Of a DNA stretch of 64,000 bases, positions 59,454-64,000 are shown in pieces. The notes below the pieces were generated by a model. The model did no database searches and was not told the origin of the DNA. It saw only the letters and a program-made list of their open reading frames with translations. The DNA is from Patescibacteria group bacterium. GTDB taxonomy: Bacteria; Patescibacteriota; UBA1384; XYA2-FULL-43-10; 1-14-0-10-43-13. Numbering within the stretch: the first letter of the stretch is position 1; the number at the start of each line of letters is the position of its first letter. Location: the NCBI GenBank assembly GCA_041674765.1, contig JBAYVE010000001.1, forward strand, positions 70,177 through 134,176, written 5' to 3'. The translations under genes and the position numbers were made by a program.

Positions 59454-60629
59454 ATGAAAAATATAGAGAAAAGATCCCTCGACAGGCTCGGGACAAAACC
59501 GAAGGTTTTGACTTTAGTACTGATCGATTCAAACGCTATCATCCACCGGGCATATCATGCCTTACCGAAGACGATGAGGACGCGGAAGGGTGAATATACC
59601 AATGCTGTTTACGGTTTTGTGACTACATTTATCAAGGTTTTGGAGGATTTAAAACCGGATTATATCGCCGCTTCTTTTGATATTTCCAAGGCAACATTTC
59701 GCTTGGCAGAATACGCTGAATACAAAGCACACAGAGTTGCGGCCGATCAGGAGCTTTACGATCAAATTCCCAGAGTAAAGGAATTTCTGGAAACAGTTGG
59801 GGTGCCTATCTATGTTCAGGAAGGGTTCGAGGCAGACGACGTGATAGGGACAATCGCGGCAAAATTACAAATTACAAATAACAAATACCAAATAAATTCT
59901 AAAGATCAAATTCCAAACAAAGAAGATTTCAAAGTCTTTATTGTCACCGGTGACAAGGATGCCTTTCAGCTCATTGACGGTAATATTTTCGTCTATAATT
60001 TGAAACATGGTCTGCAATCGGCTCAAATCGTTGATCGGGCTGTAATTAAAGAAGAATGGGGTTTGGATCCAGAGGATTTTATAGACTTGAAAGCCCTTGC
60101 CGGCGATCCGTCTGACAATATTCCCGGAGTTCCGGGGATTGGTCCTAAAACGGCGATAGATTTGCTGCAAAGATTTGATACACTGGAGAAATTGTATGAG
60201 AAAATTGCTGAAATATCCAACGCCCAATATTCAACAACCAATCAAGTATCAAATTCCAAATCTCAAGTTTTGGATGTTGAAAAAATGAATGGAGGTTGTA
60301 ATTTGGAGGTTGAAGATTTACCAAGCATTCTTATTAAAATTGAAAAAGAGATGAATATAAGGCAAAGAATCGCAAAGCTTCTTTTCGAGTATAAGGATCA
60401 GGCCTTCTTGTCTCAAAGATTAGCAACTATACGCCGTGATGTGCCGGTTGATTTCAAACTTAAAGATTGTGAGTGGGGGGATTATGACAAGGGCAAGTTA
60501 ATCGAGTTCTTCAAAGAGGTGCAATTTACTTCATTGCTAAAAAGATTTGGCGTTATTCCTGCAGATGAACCAAAAACAAAAGAAGCGAAGGCGCAAAAAG
60601 AAAAAGACGATCAACTGAAACTGCTTTAG
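59454..60629 (+). CDS. polA: DNA polymerase I 5'-3' exonuclease (FEN-like) domain as a stand-alone gene
   Basis: FEADDVIGTIA, and the H3TH region LKALAGDPSDNIPGVPGIGPKTAIDLL. Contains Q/N/K-rich insertions. Stops before any polymerase domain. Confidence 0.8.
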   Translation: MKNIEKRSLDRLGTKPKVLTLVLIDSNAIIHRAYHALPKTMRTRKGEYTNAVYGFVTTFIKVLEDLKPDYIAASFDISKATFRLAEYAEYKAHRVAADQELYDQIPRVKEFLETVGVPIYVQEGFEADDVIGTIAAKLQITNNKYQINSKDQIPNKEDFKVFIVTGDKDAFQLIDGNIFVYNLKHGLQSAQIVDRAVIKEEWGLDPEDFIDLKALAGDPSDNIPGVPGIGPKTAIDLLQRFDTLEKLYEKIAEISNAQYSTTNQVSNSKSQVLDVEKMNGGCNLEVEDLPSILIKIEKEMNIRQRIAKLLFEYKDQAFLSQRLATIRRDVPVDFKLKDCEWGDYDKGKLIEFFKEVQFTSLLKRFGVIPADEPKTKEAKAQKEKDDQLKLL

Positions 60630-60666
60630 ATCTCAGCAGTAATTTCTAATTAAATCTAAATTCCAA

Positions 60667-60954
60667 ATGACTAAATTGATTAAAAAAATAATAATACTAT
60701 TACTGCTAGCATTCGGGGCTTTTGTCGTTGGAAGAATAGGGCATATTTTGGGCGGGGATTTAAATGTCCCGCATCATTGGATTTATGGGGCGATAGCAAT
60801 TATTGCAGGAATTATTTACCGCCGGAAAAGGTGGGCGGCATATCTGATCGCCATCGGTGTCGGATTGATGATCAGTGATTTCAAAGACATGATCGATTTG
60901 AAATTCATCGGTTCGGACTTGCCGGGTCCAAAGACTTTTTGGCAGATTAATTAA
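60667..60954 (+). CDS. Small 3-TM membrane protein (95 aa)
   Basis: ORF only; hydrophobic. Confidence 0.3.
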   Translation: MTKLIKKIIILLLLAFGAFVVGRIGHILGGDLNVPHHWIYGAIAIIAGIIYRRKRWAAYLIAIGVGLMISDFKDMIDLKFIGSDLPGPKTFWQIN

Positions 60955-60968
60955 TTTATTATTTTAAA

Positions 60969-61412
60969 ATGACAGAAGAGACAAAAGATGAATGTCTAAC
61001 AGGAGCTGAGGCTATCGTTTACCGTGACAAAGATGTCAAGCGGGAATTTTTGATGGTTAAGCAAAAAATCAGCGGCAATATTAGTTTTGTGGGCGGAATG
61101 ACAGAGGAGATCGATAGAAATACTGACGACACCATTGTCCGCGAGATTGACGAAGAGTTGAATTTAAATCCGGACCAATATTCAATTTCCGACACCGGTA
61201 TTATTAACGACTTTGTTTATGGGAACCATCCGACTAGAGCTGGCAGAAGAATCAGGAAAAATGTATATTTGGTGAAGGTAAATGACAATGCCGACGTGTC
61301 TCCAAACTTAGAGGAAGTTCGTGATGCTTTTTGGGTAGAGGAAGAAGAGGCATTAAAGGTTATCTGGTTAGGGGTTCTCGACATTTTCGAGGAAGTAATT
61401 AAGAAGATATAA
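60969..61412 (+). CDS. NUDIX hydrolase
   Basis: GGMTEEIDRNTDDTIVREIDEELNL fits the Nudix box GX5EX7REUXEEXGU. Confidence 0.7.
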   Translation: MTEETKDECLTGAEAIVYRDKDVKREFLMVKQKISGNISFVGGMTEEIDRNTDDTIVREIDEELNLNPDQYSISDTGIINDFVYGNHPTRAGRRIRKNVYLVKVNDNADVSPNLEEVRDAFWVEEEEALKVIWLGVLDIFEEVIKKI

Positions 61413-61419
61413 TTTATTT

Positions 61420-61440
61420 CCTCCCCTTTTTTAGGGGAGG
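61420..61440 (+). terminator. Hairpin CCTCCCC-tttttta-GGGGAGG after the NUDIX gene
   Basis: Perfect 7-bp stem. Confidence 0.5.
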
Positions 61441-61473
61441 TTAGGTGGGGTTTATAATTTTCATAGGTGATTT

Positions 61474-62826
61474 ATGCATATTCAAGCAAAAGCAAAAAAG
61501 TTGGGCATTATTATCCCCGAGATTACCTCGGAGGAAATAAATTCAGCAATCAAACCCGTTCTTCGCAAGATGGAAGAGGCTGGTATTATGATTGATTGTG
61601 ATCGGTTAAAGAGTCTGGATGATAAATTGAGCGAGAGGTTAAAAGAACTTGAAGCGGAGATTTACAAATTAGCCGGCTCAGAGTTCAATATCGGCTCGCC
61701 AGTGCAAATGGCAGAGGTATTATTCAATCAGCTGAAATTGCCAGTCGATGGTCTAAAAAGAACAAAATCAGGCGTTTCTACTGCCGCGAGCGAATTATTC
61801 AAGATAAAAGATGAGCACCAAATCATTGCTCCCATTTTGGAATACCGTGAGCTCTCCAAATTAATTTCAACATATTTGCGGCCTTTGCCAATCTTGGTTG
61901 ATGAAAATAGCCGTCTGCATACGACTTATGGTCTGGAAACTTCGACCGGTCGGCTGACTTCGTCTGAGCCAAATTTGCAGAATATTCCGATCCGCGGCAA
62001 ATACGGCGAGGAAGTGAGAAGCACTTTTGTCGCGGCTCCTGGAATGAAATTAATTGCGGCTGATTACTCTCAAATCGAACTTCGAATTGTTGCTTGCTTG
62101 GCGAAAGACGAAGCGATGATCCAAGCTTTCAAAGAAGGTATAGATATCCATACCAAAACTGCTTCGGAAATATTTAAAGTGCCTGTTTCAAAAGTCACAT
62201 CAGATATGCGCCGAAAAGCCAAAGGAGTCAATTTTGGCATCGTGTATGGCCAAACCCCATACGGCTTATCGCAATCTCTGGGCATTGATACTGAGGAGGC
62301 TGGTAAATATATTCGAGAATATTTTGATGTTCACAAGGGGATCAAGAATTATATCAATGAAATGATCGAGATGGCGCATACGGAGGGCTATGTTGAAACA
62401 CTTTTTGGCACCCGCCGTTATCTGCCCGAAATTAATTCACGTAATCGTTACCTGGCCGAGTCGGAGGAGCGGATGGCCATCAATGCGCCGGTTCAGGGTA
62501 CGGCAGCGGAGTTACTTAAATTGGCGATGATAGAAATGGATAGAAAGTTCCAGTCAGACAGTCTGATAGTCAGACAGTCTGATAGTCAACAGAATAATTT
62601 GACTATGAAATTAACAGACAAAAAGACCAAAAGACCAACTGACCAATCGACCATTGGACCCCGAATGTTGCTTACTGTCCATGATGAGCTTGTTGTCGAA
62701 GTTCCTGGAAAGAATGCCGAAGAAATCGCCAAAATTGTTGAAGAGACGATGGTCAGCGTGGTCAAATTCTGTGTACCAATTGAAGTCTGTATTGGGATCG
62801 GAGACAATTGGGCAAACGCGAAGTAG
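61474..62826 (+). CDS. polA: DNA polymerase I polymerase (family A) domain as a stand-alone gene, lacking a 3'-5' exonuclease domain
   Basis: Motif A DYSQIELRI, motif B RRKAKGVNFGIVYG, motif C LTVHDELVVEV. The N-terminus aligns with the start of the Klenow polymerase domain. An in-frame stop lies immediately upstream. Confidence 0.85.
   Translation: MHIQAKAKKLGIIIPEITSEEINSAIKPVLRKMEEAGIMIDCDRLKSLDDKLSERLKELEAEIYKLAGSEFNIGSPVQMAEVLFNQLKLPVDGLKRTKSGVSTAASELFKIKDEHQIIAPILEYRELSKLISTYLRPLPILVDENSRLHTTYGLETSTGRLTSSEPNLQNIPIRGKYGEEVRSTFVAAPGMKLIAADYSQIELRIVACLAKDEAMIQAFKEGIDIHTKTASEIFKVPVSKVTSDMRRKAKGVNFGIVYGQTPYGLSQSLGIDTEEAGKYIREYFDVHKGIKNYINEMIEMAHTEGYVETLFGTRRYLPEINSRNRYLAESEERMAINAPVQGTAAELLKLAMIEMDRKFQSDSLIVRQSDSQQNNLTMKLTDKKTKRPTDQSTIGPRMLLTVHDELVVEVPGKNAEEIAKIVEETMVSVVKFCVPIEVCIGIGDNWANAK
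62563..62592 (+). repeat. Tandem direct repeat (GACAGTCTGATAGTCA x2) inside the polA coding region
   Basis: agacagtctgatagtcagacagtctgatagtca encodes SDSLIVRQSDSQ within a low-complexity insertion between motifs B and C. Confidence 0.6.
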
Positions 62827-62873
62827 TTCATAAAGTTTTTAAGGTTTGTAAAGTAGAAAGTTTGGGAAGATTT

Positions 62874-62919
62874 GCTTTATAAACTTTATAAACTTTATAA
62901 ACTTTTAACTTTACAAACT
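62874..62919. repeat. Tandem repeat ACTTTATAAA x3 plus two degenerate units immediately upstream of holA
   Basis: ctttataaactttataaactttataaacttttaactttacaaact. Confidence 0.65.
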
Positions 62920-62924
62920 AAGGT

Positions 62925-63878
62925 ATGATCAATTTTTTCTACGGCGAAGATACATTTTCACTCCTTGAGGCCATGAAGGGAATAGAAGTCGAGTTTGTCA
63001 AATCAGAAGGCTCCGATTTTAACTTGGCCAAGTTCTCAGGATCGACCATGACCAAGGAATTATTTGCCGCCAACGCTTCAGCTTTACCATTCCTTGGCGG
63101 CAAAAGACTGATAATCATAAAGAACTTGCTTCTCGAAAATAGTGATAATGAGTTGAAGAAAGAGATAGTCAGTTATCTGTCGAAGGTTCCTGACCAAAAT
63201 GACGTTTATTTTATTGAGTTCGGGGCACCCGATAAGCGGAGCGGTCTTTTCAAAACATTAAGTAAACTTGAGACTTCCAGGTTTTTTCAGCCGCTAGTAG
63301 GTACGAAATTGACCGGATGGATCTGCCAGGAGGCTAAGAAAAACGGAATGGAAATGTCTCAGGCAACTGCCGCCAGATTGTCTTTCTCATTGGGATCAGA
63401 CCTTTGGAATTTACAAAATGAAATTCATAAACTCGCCTCATTTGCCCAATCTGAAGGTCGGTTGGAGATAGCTGTCGCTGACTTTGAAATTATCGACATT
63501 CCCGAAAAAGACAAAATATTTGACTTAACTGATGCAATTTCGTCCAAGAATCTCAAAAAAGCTCTTTCAGTTCTCCACAGCCTGTCGCTGAAGGGCGAGG
63601 AGGAGTTGGCAATTCTCAATTTGGTAATATTCCAATTCCGGATAATGCTCTTAGTAAGCAGCATGGCTGCTCGTAGGATCAGCCAGCCATCGATGTGCAA
63701 AGAGCTTGGGGTGCATCCATTTGTAATACAGAAAGCATCAGGATTCTTGCATAATTTTACTTTCAGAAAATTGGTCAGGAATTATTTACTCTTGCAAACT
63801 ACAGACGTAAAGATAAAAACAGGCCAGCTGGAGCCGAAGTTGGCGTTGACGTTGTTGATAGAAGATTTTTGCAAATAG
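62925..63878 (+). CDS. holA: DNA polymerase III delta subunit
   Basis: MINFFYGEDTFSLLEAMKGI N-terminus and ~317 aa length typical of HolA. AAGG RBS. Confidence 0.7.
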   Translation: MINFFYGEDTFSLLEAMKGIEVEFVKSEGSDFNLAKFSGSTMTKELFAANASALPFLGGKRLIIIKNLLLENSDNELKKEIVSYLSKVPDQNDVYFIEFGAPDKRSGLFKTLSKLETSRFFQPLVGTKLTGWICQEAKKNGMEMSQATAARLSFSLGSDLWNLQNEIHKLASFAQSEGRLEIAVADFEIIDIPEKDKIFDLTDAISSKNLKKALSVLHSLSLKGEEELAILNLVIFQFRIMLLVSSMAARRISQPSMCKELGVHPFVIQKASGFLHNFTFRKLVRNYLLLQTTDVKIKTGQLEPKLALTLLIEDFCK

Positions 63879-64000
63879 TGGTAAACTAATAATTAGTTAT
63901 CAAGCAATTTGTGTTATTTGATAACAAGAGCCAGAATTTATAGGGAGGGAAATTGGCGATCGTAACTAAAAAAAGGAAAAGCCCTGTTTTGGGTTTTTAT

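Overview
The window is AT-rich (roughly 35-40% GC by eye), gene-dense and almost fully coding. It looks like part of a small-genome, fermentative bacterium, plausibly Candidate Phyla Radiation / Patescibacteria-like. That assignment is inferred from split polA, an rpsF with a long charged tail, a V-type pyrophosphatase and many glycan-surface genes, not from any database search. The content runs in this order: (1) 0.4-14.7 kb, one long plus-strand operon for nucleotide-sugar and nonulosonic (pseudaminic-acid-type) sugar synthesis, with PseB, PseC, PseF, a GNAT fusion, PseI and a Wzx flippase, plus extra tailoring enzymes. (2) 14.7-19.8 kb, minus-strand glycosyltransferases including a GT2 / small membrane protein / large polytopic GT-C-like triad. 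(3) 19.9-23.6 kb, a probable SAM-I riboswitch followed by metK, a PfkB kinase and ahcY, which together form a methyl-cycle operon. (4) 23.6-34.1 kb, two flippase or membrane proteins, two secreted or surface proteins (one with a dockerin-like C-terminus), three tandem O-antigen-ligase-like paralogs and a GT4. (5) 34.8-36.0 kb, a compositionally foreign GC-rich islet with two lipoproteins bracketed by GC-rich hairpins. (6) A frameshifted H+-pyrophosphatase gene, a CCA-adding enzyme, a VanW protein, pyrG, groES-groEL, efp, rpsR, ssb, rpsF, pflA-pflB, ychF, a CofE-like ligase, a YhhQ-like transporter, a DNA polymerase I split into two genes separated by a NUDIX hydrolase gene, and holA. Intergenic regions carry three recurring repeat classes: tandem and dyad arrays of TAAAGTT/AACTTTATAAA upstream of hppA, groES/groEL and holA; a family of REP-like palindromes with GTCATYC arms and a shared CCTGAGCYTGTCGAAKGG core; and a duplicated ~85-nt leader upstream of rpsR and efp. 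All coordinates come from the ORF track and hand counting, so starts and non-coding elements may be off by a few nucleotides.
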